Below, piece by piece: positions 49,223-57,804 of a stretch of 64,000 bases of DNA. Made by a program: the position numbers and the translations under genes. The stretch comes from Candidatus Ozemobacteraceae bacterium (GTDB lineage Bacteria > Muiribacteriota > Ozemobacteria > Ozemobacterales > Ozemobacteraceae), in NCBI GenBank assembly GCA_965140445.1, contig OZ223236.1, positions 3,840,001 through 3,904,000 of the forward strand, written 5' to 3'. The notes below the pieces were generated by a model that was not told where the DNA came from, searched no databases, and saw only the letters and a list, made by a program, of their open reading frames with translations. Position 1 is the first letter of the stretch. Each line of letters begins with the position of its first letter.

Positions 49223-49373
49223 ATGCTCTGATTTGAAGTTGATGTTTTTCTTAACAATACTCTGGGGACTCAGCTCAAAACAAACGTTAGAATGAAATTG
49301 CATTCGACAACTCCCCCTGCGCTTTATGGGAAACCAAGCACCCATTTAGTTTTTATTCATACTGGAGCAACTC

Positions 49374-50957
49374 ATGATCAGCACAGAAAACCTCGGACTC
49401 AGCTTTGGCAGTAATAAACTCTTTGATGGAGTAAACATTAAATTTCTTCCAGGAAACTGTTATGGCTTAATTGGTGCCAATGGTTCAGGCAAATCCACAT
49501 TCTTAAAAATCCTTTCTGGCGAGATTTCCAGCACTACAGGGAGCGTAAATATTGGCCCCAACGAAAGAATCGCAACCTTAAAGCAGAATCATTTTGAGTA
49601 TGAAGACGTTCAGGTCCTTCAAGTCGTAATGATGGGTTACCCAGAGCTATATTCTGTCTTAACAGAAAAAGAAGAGCTTTATGCGAAAGCTGATTTTACC
49701 GAAGCAGACGGAACCCGTGCTGGCGAACTAGAAAGCCTTTGCGCTGAAATGAATGGTTGGGAAGCAGAGGCAAATGCCGCAACCTTGCTCGCAGGACTCG
49801 GCATAAAAACTGAGTTGCATAGTCTTCTCATGAGAGAGTTGACCGATTCTCAAAAAGTAAAAGTGCTCTTAGCCCAAGCCCTTTTTGGTGACCCGGACAT
49901 ACTTTTGCTGGATGAACCTACAAACCATCTTGACGTGGCTGCAATCCGCTGGGTTGAAAACTTCCTATTAAACTTTGATAAAACAGTAATCGTTGTATCT
50001 CATGACCGCCACTTTCTGAATCAAGTTTGTACCCACATGGCTGACATTGATTTTGGAAATATTACGCTTTATACCGGCAACTATGACTTCTGGTATGAAT
50101 CCAGTCAACTGGCTCTCAAGCTTCAACAGGATCAAAATAAAAAATTGGCGGATAAAGCTGAGGAGTTAAAGGCCTTCATCGCCAGGTTCAGCGCAAACAA
50201 GTCTAAGTCTTCCCAGGCTACTTCGCGAAGAAAGCAGTTAGAAAAGCTGCAGATCGAAGATATAAAACCTTCGTCCAGACGTTATCCGTTTGTGGGATTT
50301 AGACCTGAACGTGAAGCAGGAGATCAGCTTCTAAGAGTAGAAGGTCTAAGCAAAACAATTGATGGAACCAAGGTTCTCAACAATGTTTCCTTCACTGTTC
50401 ACAAAAAAGACCGAATCGTTTTTGTGGGGGCAAATGAACTCGCAAACACCACCCTGTTTAAAATTCTTATGGGAGAAATGCAAGCTGATTCTGGCACTTT
50501 CAATTGGGGAGTAACAACTTCACAGGCATATTTTCCAAAAGATAACTCCAAGTTTTTTAATGACGGGGAGCTAAATCTAGTGGACTGGCTAAGGCAGTAT
50601 TCAACAGACAAAACCGATACTTTTGTAAGAGGATTTCTTGGCCGAATGCTGTTTTCTGGCGAAGATGCACTTAAAACAACTGATGTTCTATCTGGGGGGG
50701 AAAGAGTTCGCTGTATGCTCGCCAAAATGATGCTGAGTAGTGCAAACGTTCTTTTACTGGACGAGCCGACAAACCACCTGGATCTTGAATCAATTACTGC
50801 ACTAAATAATGGCCTGATGGCTTTCCCAGGGACCATCCTTTTTACCTCTAAAGATCTACAGTTTAACGAAACAATTTCCACCAGAGTTATTGAACTAACT
50901 CCAACAGGACAGGTTGATACAGGCCAAACCTACGAAGAATACTTAAAAGCAATTTAA
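49374..50957 (+). CDS. ABC-F family ATPase, YbiT/YkpA-like
   Basis: GNCYGLIGANGSGKST, FIARFSANKSKSSQATSR, IKPSSRRYP; two NBDs, no TM. Confidence 0.9.
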   Translation: MISTENLGLSFGSNKLFDGVNIKFLPGNCYGLIGANGSGKSTFLKILSGEISSTTGSVNIGPNERIATLKQNHFEYEDVQVLQVVMMGYPELYSVLTEKEELYAKADFTEADGTRAGELESLCAEMNGWEAEANAATLLAGLGIKTELHSLLMRELTDSQKVKVLLAQALFGDPDILLLDEPTNHLDVAAIRWVENFLLNFDKTVIVVSHDRHFLNQVCTHMADIDFGNITLYTGNYDFWYESSQLALKLQQDQNKKLADKAEELKAFIARFSANKSKSSQATSRRKQLEKLQIEDIKPSSRRYPFVGFRPEREAGDQLLRVEGLSKTIDGTKVLNNVSFTVHKKDRIVFVGANELANTTLFKILMGEMQADSGTFNWGVTTSQAYFPKDNSKFFNDGELNLVDWLRQYSTDKTDTFVRGFLGRMLFSGEDALKTTDVLSGGERVRCMLAKMMLSSANVLLLDEPTNHLDLESITALNNGLMAFPGTILFTSKDLQFNETISTRVIELTPTGQVDTGQTYEEYLKAI

Positions 50958-50979
50958 GTATTTTTATTAGTTATTAAAG

Positions 50980-51014
50980 AAAGCTCCAGAATCACTTTTT
51001 AGATTTTGGAGCTT
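50980..51014 (+). terminator. Intrinsic terminator
   Basis: aaagctccagaatc / gattttggagcttt stem ending in a T-run. Confidence 0.6.
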
Positions 51015-51101
51015 TTCGGTTATAATATGTAACTAGCTTTTACCTTTTGCCCATTAAGAAGAGAAATCATAAAAATTGGCTGCTTATTAACAGGAGTTTT
51101 A

Positions 51102-52523
51102 ATGAGATATTTTATTCTGATCGTCTTTTTCCTTTCTTTCACCATTTCTTCACAGGCTGCAATAAAAATTCAGTTTGAAGTTAGCAAAATTCATGGACTA
51201 TTTGAGTTTATTGAGGCTATTAGCGGCAACCAAAATAAATGCCAGCAATTTGTCGATCTATACAAAAATAGTGGCTACTATAACGATGAAAACAAAGCTC
51301 TGCTTAATGATTTTCAAAAAATAAAAGAATCCTCAAAAACTTACAATGTTGATAAATTAACTCTGGCAAGCATTAGGTCAGCTGATCTTAAAGAGTTTAA
51401 AGAGAAATCAAAATACGCAGTAAATCTTTTAAAAAGACAAACATATTTTGCCGTTTTGGATAAATTTTCCTTAATTTACGAAGAGCTGATCTGGAACAAA
51501 GAAAAAGAGAAACTTTTCAATTGGCAAAAGCTTCTTACCCGAAAAGTTGCAAAACCTGGCCTGGACAACGATTTTGTCAAAGTTAGAAATTTTCTGGGCT
51601 CTGAATGGCCACTAGATAAACCTTTTAAGATCTATCTGTATGCCATCCCAGGTAAAAACGGAAATTCCAGGGGCAGATCCTTTGGAGGAACTGAAGCAAT
51701 ACAATCAGTTGGGATTCTTGTTGATTCCAAGGAAATAGACCGCCGACTCAGTCTTATTTTCCATGAAATAACCCATTCTTTATTCTCCACAAGACCAGAA
51801 TCAGATAAAAAATTGCTGCTGGAACAATTTAAAAATTCTGGATCAAAAAGCTGGATTCAGGTTTTCTGCCGCCTGTACGAAATACTCCCCACCACAATTG
51901 GTAATGGCTGGGCTTTTGAAAGGATAACAAATAAACTGGATAAATCTCCCTGGTATCAAAATGAATCTCTAGATACCATTTCAAGAGCAATCTACCCATT
52001 TTTTAAAAGTTATATAAAAAACAACAGACAACTCGATCAGGAATTCGTAGATAAACTAATCGAAATTTTTGAAAAAAAATACCCTGATTACGAATCAGCC
52101 TTTGAAAACATATTTTGCGGAGTTCATGTTATTTCCGCAGGGGGCCGATTTAGAGCAAACGACTTGAACAAAGTTCTAAGGGACCATTTTCTATTTTGTG
52201 GCTTTGTGACCAATTCCAGTCCAATTTCTCACCCCATAACCATTTCAATGGCTGCAAAAAGTCCATATACAAACGTTCTGGTAATCCATGAAGGAAACTC
52301 GGACGAATTAATTAAATTTATAGATTCCTTCCCTTTCTTAAAATCATATGGTGAAAAGCTTATGAAAAAGGGATCTAGCTATGCTTTTGCTGCTATTAAT
52401 CCTTCTAAACAAAAATTTGTGATTTTAAAAGCTCAGGATATGAATCAGGTAAAACGTTACTTACGTTTAATCCAGAAAAAAGGAAAACTGGATAAGCAAA
52501 ATCCATTCATTGTTTTTGAATAA
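51102..52523 (+). CDS. Secreted protein with an HEXXH motif, possible zinc metallopeptidase
   Basis: Signal peptide ending SQA; IFHEITHSLF with a downstream Glu in LYEILPTTIG; AGGAG RBS. Confidence 0.6.
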   Translation: MRYFILIVFFLSFTISSQAAIKIQFEVSKIHGLFEFIEAISGNQNKCQQFVDLYKNSGYYNDENKALLNDFQKIKESSKTYNVDKLTLASIRSADLKEFKEKSKYAVNLLKRQTYFAVLDKFSLIYEELIWNKEKEKLFNWQKLLTRKVAKPGLDNDFVKVRNFLGSEWPLDKPFKIYLYAIPGKNGNSRGRSFGGTEAIQSVGILVDSKEIDRRLSLIFHEITHSLFSTRPESDKKLLLEQFKNSGSKSWIQVFCRLYEILPTTIGNGWAFERITNKLDKSPWYQNESLDTISRAIYPFFKSYIKNNRQLDQEFVDKLIEIFEKKYPDYESAFENIFCGVHVISAGGRFRANDLNKVLRDHFLFCGFVTNSSPISHPITISMAAKSPYTNVLVIHEGNSDELIKFIDSFPFLKSYGEKLMKKGSSYAFAAINPSKQKFVILKAQDMNQVKRYLRLIQKKGKLDKQNPFIVFE

Positions 52524-52597
52524 AAAAATAATCAACTTTTATAAGCAAACAAATAGCAGTATCTTGTTATCAATTAAAAATTCTATGGAGGAACAAA

Positions 52598-53233
52598 ATG
52601 AAAGTTCTAGCGATTAATGGCAGCCCCAATAAAAATGGAAACACATATCACGCAATCAAACTTGTTGCAGATGAGCTAAAAGAACAGGGAATTGAGACGG
52701 AAATCCTTCATATAGGGAATCAATCTATTAGAGGTTGTATAGCCTGTTACCAGTGCGTAAAAAACAAAGATGAAAAATGCGCCATTTCTAACGATTGTGT
52801 TAATGAATCTATTCAAAAAATGAAAGAAGCTGACGGAATAATTCTTGGTTCCCCAGTGCATTATGCTGCAATGTCAGGAGCAATGAAAGCATTTCTGGAC
52901 AGGTCATTTTTTGTTGCCGGAGTGAACCGAAGCATGTTCAGACATAAAGTTGGAACAGCGGTTGTTGCGGTTAGACGTTCAGGCGGACTCCCAACCTTTA
53001 ATCAGTTAAATAACTTTCTAAATTATTCTGAAATGCTTATGCCAACCTCAAACTACTGGAATGTCATCCACGGAATGGGGCCTGGAGAAGCCTTGAAAGA
53101 TGAAGAGGGCTTGCAGATTATGAGAGTTCTGGGCAAAAATATGGCCTGGCTCATGAAACTTGTTGAAAATGGTAAAGAAACCATAAAGGCACCAGAGCCT
53201 GAAAAGAAGCTTTTGATGAATTTTATCCGATAA
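52598..53233 (+). CDS. Flavodoxin-fold iron-sulfur flavoprotein (Isf/NADPH-dependent FMN reductase family)
   Basis: INGSPNKNGNT, GCIACYQC-x7-C, ADGIILGSPVHY, RRSGG. Confidence 0.9.
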   Translation: MKVLAINGSPNKNGNTYHAIKLVADELKEQGIETEILHIGNQSIRGCIACYQCVKNKDEKCAISNDCVNESIQKMKEADGIILGSPVHYAAMSGAMKAFLDRSFFVAGVNRSMFRHKVGTAVVAVRRSGGLPTFNQLNNFLNYSEMLMPTSNYWNVIHGMGPGEALKDEEGLQIMRVLGKNMAWLMKLVENGKETIKAPEPEKKLLMNFIR

Positions 53234-53243
53234 CCAACCCAAC

Positions 53244-53282
53244 AAAACAAAAGGCTCTGTGGTATACAGAGCCTTTTGTTTT
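53244..53282 (+). terminator. Intrinsic terminator
   Basis: 17-bp inverted repeat aaaacaaaaggctctgt / acagagccttttgtttt. Confidence 0.75.
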
Positions 53283-53375
53283 TCCACTTCCTTAATTTTC
53301 TCTGGCATGGAAAATAACTACATGTTATAGTCCACAGTTAACTTTTCAAACCACATACGTACGGAGACTCTATCA

Positions 53376-54191
53376 ATGGTAGAATTCTTGCAACAATTCG
53401 GGCCTGTTACTCAAGCCCTTCTCGCTACTCTATTTACCTGGGGCGTAACAGCCGCTGGAGCAGGATTGGTGTTTTTTACCAATTCAATGAATAAAAAGCT
53501 CATGGATTCACTACTTGGCTTTGCTGCAGGCGTAATGATTGCAGCAAGCTTTTGGTCACTTCTCGCACCAGGAATTGAAATGGCTGAGCAAATGGGACAG
53601 ATTCCATGGCTTACAGCTTTAATTGGTTTTATGGCTGGCGGAATTTTTATGAGATTAACTGACAAATATCTGCCACATCTCCACCTTGATAAAGATATGG
53701 ATCATACAGAAGGCGTTAAAACCTCATGGCAAAGAAGTACCCTTCTTGTTCTGGCAATAACTTTGCACAATATTCCAGAGGGGCTTGCAGTTGGTGTTGC
53801 GTTTGGAGCAGTCGCAGCAAATCTTTCTTCTGCAACTCTGGGTGGAGCTATTGCTCTCGCAATTGGTATTGGGTTACAAAACTTTCCAGAAGGTGCAGCA
53901 GTTTCAATGCCCCTTAGACGCGAAGGAATGAGCAAATGGAAAAGCTTTTTGTTGGGCCAGGCTTCTGGCATCGTTGAACCAATCGCTGGGGTTTTTGGTG
54001 CGATGTTTGTTATGAATATGCAGAGCATCTTACCTTACGCCCTTAGTTTCGCAGCCGGAGCAATGATTTTTGTCGTTGTTGAGGAACTTATTCCAGAATC
54101 ACAAAGAAATCCAGACAATATCGATACCGTTACCATGGCGACCATGGCTGGCTTTGCGGTAATGATGGTATTAGACGTAGCTCTAGGCTAA
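53376..54191 (+). CDS. ZIP-family (ZupT/GufA) metal transporter
   Basis: GFAAGVMIAASFWSLL, AITLHNIPEGLAVG, QNFPEG, EELIPE. Confidence 0.93.
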   Translation: MVEFLQQFGPVTQALLATLFTWGVTAAGAGLVFFTNSMNKKLMDSLLGFAAGVMIAASFWSLLAPGIEMAEQMGQIPWLTALIGFMAGGIFMRLTDKYLPHLHLDKDMDHTEGVKTSWQRSTLLVLAITLHNIPEGLAVGVAFGAVAANLSSATLGGAIALAIGIGLQNFPEGAAVSMPLRREGMSKWKSFLLGQASGIVEPIAGVFGAMFVMNMQSILPYALSFAAGAMIFVVVEELIPESQRNPDNIDTVTMATMAGFAVMMVLDVALG

Positions 54192-54203
54192 ATTAAATAC
54201 AAT

Positions 54204-54242
54204 AAAGTGGCCCCTTCTGAAGGCAGAATCGGGCCACTTTTT
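54204..54242 (+). terminator. Intrinsic terminator
   Basis: aaagtggccc / gggccacttt stem followed by T residues. Confidence 0.65.
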
Positions 54243-54300
54243 CGTATCCGCCAAATCTTTGTTATAATCTCATCATCTTTTTATTAAATGGGAGTTCAAA

Positions 54301-54870
54301 ATGAGAAATAGAATTTTATTGGTTTTGGCAATAACTTGCGCCTTAACCTTTGGCCAGGCTAGAGCTGAGACAACTATAAAAACTGGCTCAAATGAAATGG
54401 CATCAAAAAAAGTGATTGAAAATATTTACCCAGAGCTTGAAAACGGCCTCTACCTTATACAGGCTGAATTGAATAAGATCCCCACAAATATTGCCCTACC
54501 AGAAGGATACAAACTGGTAAAATTTTCTTATGACCATCTTTCAACTAGAGAAGATGAAGAATACCGTGAGCCAAGAAACCTCATTATTAAAGCTAAACCA
54601 AATGTAAAACTAATTCTGAATGAATCTCCAGAAATAACACCAGCACCTGGAAAGCATAAGTTCTCGCTTCAATTATCACTAGCAAAAAATGCTGCAAAAG
54701 AATTGGAAGAATTCACCGGCAAAAATGTTAATCGTGGGGTTGCACTTGTTGCAGGCGGGAAGATTCTTACAACTCACACCATAAGATGTGCTATTACCGG
54801 TGGGAAACTACGAATAACCAGATGTAATGATGACGGATGTCAGTTCATTTTCATTAACCTTAAAAAGTAA
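54301..54870 (+). CDS. Secreted protein resembling a stand-alone SecD/SecDF P1 head subdomain
   Basis: Signal peptide ending ARA; AAKELEEFTGKNVNRGVALVAGGKILTTHTIRCAITGGKLRIT. Confidence 0.6.
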   Translation: MRNRILLVLAITCALTFGQARAETTIKTGSNEMASKKVIENIYPELENGLYLIQAELNKIPTNIALPEGYKLVKFSYDHLSTREDEEYREPRNLIIKAKPNVKLILNESPEITPAPGKHKFSLQLSLAKNAAKELEEFTGKNVNRGVALVAGGKILTTHTIRCAITGGKLRITRCNDDGCQFIFINLKK

Positions 54871-54885
54871 AAGGCAATTTTTCCT

Positions 54886-54935
54886 AAAACAAAAAAGCGC
54901 CCCAGACAATTTTATCTGGGGCGCTTTTTTGTTTT
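54886..54935. terminator. Bidirectional terminator
   Basis: 21-bp perfect inverted repeat between convergent genes. Confidence 0.85.
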
Positions 54936-55612
54936 TAACCTGCTGAATCTTCTGCTTCAATTTTCTTTAAGCGAATTAAAAGCTCTCTATAATATAATTC
55001 ATCCGTATCATTCATTACACTTTCTATAAATTGCTTTGCAGAGCTAACAGTTGCAGCCCCTTTAACGCCATTTGCAATTTCAAACATGGCTAAAGCCATT
55101 GGGCGCCTATTTAATCTTAAATTTCTGTATTCAGGATTATTTAAATTTGAAATCGCCTGATTGGAAGCACCCGCAAAATCCTGCTTTCTAATCTTTTCAA
55201 AGACTTCTCTAATCTCCAATAAAGATTGGATTTCCATAATAGCATTAGCCAAAAAAAGCTTTGCCTCTTCAGAGTCTGATTTAATGTTTCTTAGACGTTT
55301 ACCCAGCTCTTCAAGCTTGTATGATGTCTTTAAGATTCCTTCTGACATATCTAGAGAAATATTTCCCAGCTCTACTGAGTTTTGCAGAATTTCAAAACTC
55401 TTAACCATCTTAGGGTTAGAAAATTCTGGCTTCAACTTTTCAACAAATTTAGCAGCTTTTCTATAATCACCTGCAGCGATACACATAGTGGCTTTTTTAA
55501 GCCCATCTTTCACACGTTCTTTGCGCAGATTATATCGGAAGTAAAAAGCAAGCGGTATGGCAACCATTGCTAACAGCGTTAAAATAAGAACGTTTCTTTT
55601 GCTTACTTTCAT
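54935..55612 (-). CDS. Hypothetical membrane-anchored helical protein
   Basis: N-terminal TM, helical/coiled remainder, AGGA RBS. Confidence 0.7.
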   Translation of the reverse strand: MKVSKRNVLILTLLAMVAIPLAFYFRYNLRKERVKDGLKKATMCIAAGDYRKAAKFVEKLKPEFSNPKMVKSFEILQNSVELGNISLDMSEGILKTSYKLEELGKRLRNIKSDSEEAKLFLANAIMEIQSLLEIREVFEKIRKQDFAGASNQAISNLNNPEYRNLRLNRRPMALAMFEIANGVKGAATVSSAKQFIESVMNDTDELYYRELLIRLKKIEAEDSAG

Positions 55613-55633
55613 TTTAAATGCTTCCTAAAATGT

Positions 55634-55666
55634 TAAAAGTCCTCCAGAAGTTCTGGAGGACTTTTA
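55634..55666 (-). terminator. Terminator after the LysM-barrel gene
   Basis: Perfect 16-bp-arm palindrome taaaagtcctccagaa-g-ttctggaggactttta. Confidence 0.75.
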
Positions 55667-55676
55667 TTATATCAAA

Positions 55677-57767
55677 TTAATCCCAGCGATGATTTACACC
55701 GAAGATAACTCCTACATCATGACCGTAACCCCAGTCTTTTTCAAGAGCAATCGGGAATCCGATCTGTCCCTGCCAGTCTCCGTTAAAGATCAGGAAACCA
55801 AGCAAAAGGTCTGTATTTGTATCATCAGGACCGTTATCCATTTCATAAGTCGTGTTGTTCAACTCACCCACAATTGAGAAATTGTGATTAACGCGATAAT
55901 CCATACCAGCTCTCAAAATGTATTTTGCAATACTGTCTTCCGAGTCATTGGCAAGAGACACGTTTAAGTGACTATTCCAGCGATCATTAACCTTTCCAGA
56001 ATATGCACCACCAACTTCTACCCAGGCACCGCGGGTTGCTTCAGCAGGACCAACTCTAACGCCTGTTCGACTTCTTCCAGTCATATTGGCAAGAGGCTGA
56101 TGATAGTTATCCCCAGGGAATCTTCCTTCCACATGGAGAGTTACTGCATGTGTTCCTTCAAGGTTTTTCCAGATCTGATAACCAACTTTCAGGCTTGGAT
56201 CATGGATTCCAGAAAGGCTAACAGTGTTTCCACCACCAGACTGTCTAACTTCCCAGCTCTGGAAAGGAACTGTCAAGCCAGCGAAAAGCTTTTTGCCAGT
56301 ATACATTATATGAAGTGGCATATAGCTTTCATTACCTTCAATAACATTCTGAACGCCGTTCAAATACTGATATTTTTCATATTTATACTGGAAACCAACG
56401 TGCCAGGTTGAAATGTAAGGAATCAAAGCGGATTCAACTTCGAACAGGCCATGGTAACCACGAAGGTTAGCGAAGTATGGGCTGAAATCGGTAGGCTTCA
56501 TTTCATCTGGAATTCTGTATCTTTCCTCACGATAGAGCTCGCGGGTTCCAACTGCTACTGGAGAAGATGGAGCCATAGAAGGTGCAGGAATCGGAGCACT
56601 CATATACGGAGCCGGAGGAGGTGTAAGAGACCCTGGCACCGAAATTGGCGGTGGAGGAGTCAAATCAGAATTCATTGGTGCAGGCGGAGGTGTCATGTTT
56701 CCGCTTGAATACATTGGAGGAGCCTGAGGTGGAGCATAAGAGTCCATCACCTGAGGCGCTGGAGGACGCATTCCATAAGGTTCATTACTAACTGGAGGTG
56801 GTGGTGGAGGCATCAATGGAGGAGGATCAAAAGATGGTTCACTAACACTTGGTTCAACAGCAGCCATAGGAGCTTGAGCAACTTGATATGGCTGAGCATA
56901 CTGAACTTGAACAGATGGAGCCGTTGGGTTGTTCATAGCTCTTGGTGCTTCATACATTGGTGGAGCAACAACAGGTGTAACAACAGGAGGGGCCATTACT
57001 GTCTCAACAGGTTCAGCACCAGGAATAGTCAGTTTATCACCAACACGTAAGTTGTTTGGATTAATCTGTGGGTTGGCACGAGCAATTTCTCTCCAACGCT
57101 TTGAAGAACCCAAAATTCTCTTGGCTATCTTACCAAGGGTGTCGCCACGTTTTACAACGTAACCACCACCAACCTGGCCATAAAAGCTCGCATCTGCTTC
57201 AGCTGCGTCAGCAGAAACTGAAGGAGCAGGAGATTCGTCGATTTCATGATCGGGAATATCAAACTCTTCTTGATGAGTAGCCCTTGCCATGTGCTGAGTC
57301 GCTTGCGCTGCAACAGATTGGTTTGCGCTTGATTCACTTGCATGAGTAACAAGTCTCTGGCCAACATAGATTCTGTTTCCATTTTCTATGTTGTTTAGAA
57401 CCATCAAATCCTGCCATTTGTCAGGGTTACCATATACTCTCATTGCAATCTTAGGAAGAGTATCTCCAGCTTTTACAACATAAAAGCCTTCCTGATTTCT
57501 AACAGCAGTGTTTGAGTTTCGCGACTGTCTAGGCGGTTCTACAGGTGCTCGGTAGTTAGCCTGGCCAAGAGGTTGAGCTACAACCTTCGGCGGAGCCATC
57601 ATAAGTTGAGTTTGAGCCGTTCGAGCAGCCGGACCGACTTCCTCCCAACCCGCCTGAGCTGGACCAGTCTGTGCCCGGCCAATAAGCGGCGTAGAAAACA
57701 GCAAACCAGCTGCAATCAACGCGGCAAGGACCGGATCCTTGGCCCGGAAAGAGTTAAACCTAATCAT
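55677..57767 (-). CDS. Secreted LysM x2 / Pro-rich linker / probable outer-membrane beta-barrel protein
   Basis: Signal peptide; YVVKAGDTLPKIA and YVVKRGDTLGKIA; poly-Pro linker; C-terminal amphipathic beta-strands ending GVIFGVNHRWD; GGAGG RBS. Confidence 0.75.
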   Translation of the reverse strand: MIRFNSFRAKDPVLAALIAAGLLFSTPLIGRAQTGPAQAGWEEVGPAARTAQTQLMMAPPKVVAQPLGQANYRAPVEPPRQSRNSNTAVRNQEGFYVVKAGDTLPKIAMRVYGNPDKWQDLMVLNNIENGNRIYVGQRLVTHASESSANQSVAAQATQHMARATHQEEFDIPDHEIDESPAPSVSADAAEADASFYGQVGGGYVVKRGDTLGKIAKRILGSSKRWREIARANPQINPNNLRVGDKLTIPGAEPVETVMAPPVVTPVVAPPMYEAPRAMNNPTAPSVQVQYAQPYQVAQAPMAAVEPSVSEPSFDPPPLMPPPPPPVSNEPYGMRPPAPQVMDSYAPPQAPPMYSSGNMTPPPAPMNSDLTPPPPISVPGSLTPPPAPYMSAPIPAPSMAPSSPVAVGTRELYREERYRIPDEMKPTDFSPYFANLRGYHGLFEVESALIPYISTWHVGFQYKYEKYQYLNGVQNVIEGNESYMPLHIMYTGKKLFAGLTVPFQSWEVRQSGGGNTVSLSGIHDPSLKVGYQIWKNLEGTHAVTLHVEGRFPGDNYHQPLANMTGRSRTGVRVGPAEATRGAWVEVGGAYSGKVNDRWNSHLNVSLANDSEDSIAKYILRAGMDYRVNHNFSIVGELNNTTYEMDNGPDDTNTDLLLGFLIFNGDWQGQIGFPIALEKDWGYGHDVGVIFGVNHRWD

Positions 57768-57804
57768 CTCTGACCTCCAGGTCTTACCAGAAATATAAAG
57801 TTAA

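Noticed and set aside
49264..49317. tRNA-like look (GGGGACTCAGCTCA...TTCGAC...TCCCC)
   Set aside because: Only about 54 nt, with no anticodon arm or proper T-stem; cannot fold as a tRNA.
49292..49414. 40-codon ORF overlapping the ABC-F start out of frame
   Set aside because: No SD and no recognisable leader-peptide features.
56560..57000. Repetitive GGAGG/GGTGG tract as a DNA repeat or array
   Set aside because: Explained by Pro codons of the LysM-barrel linker on the - strand; no fixed repeat-spacer period.
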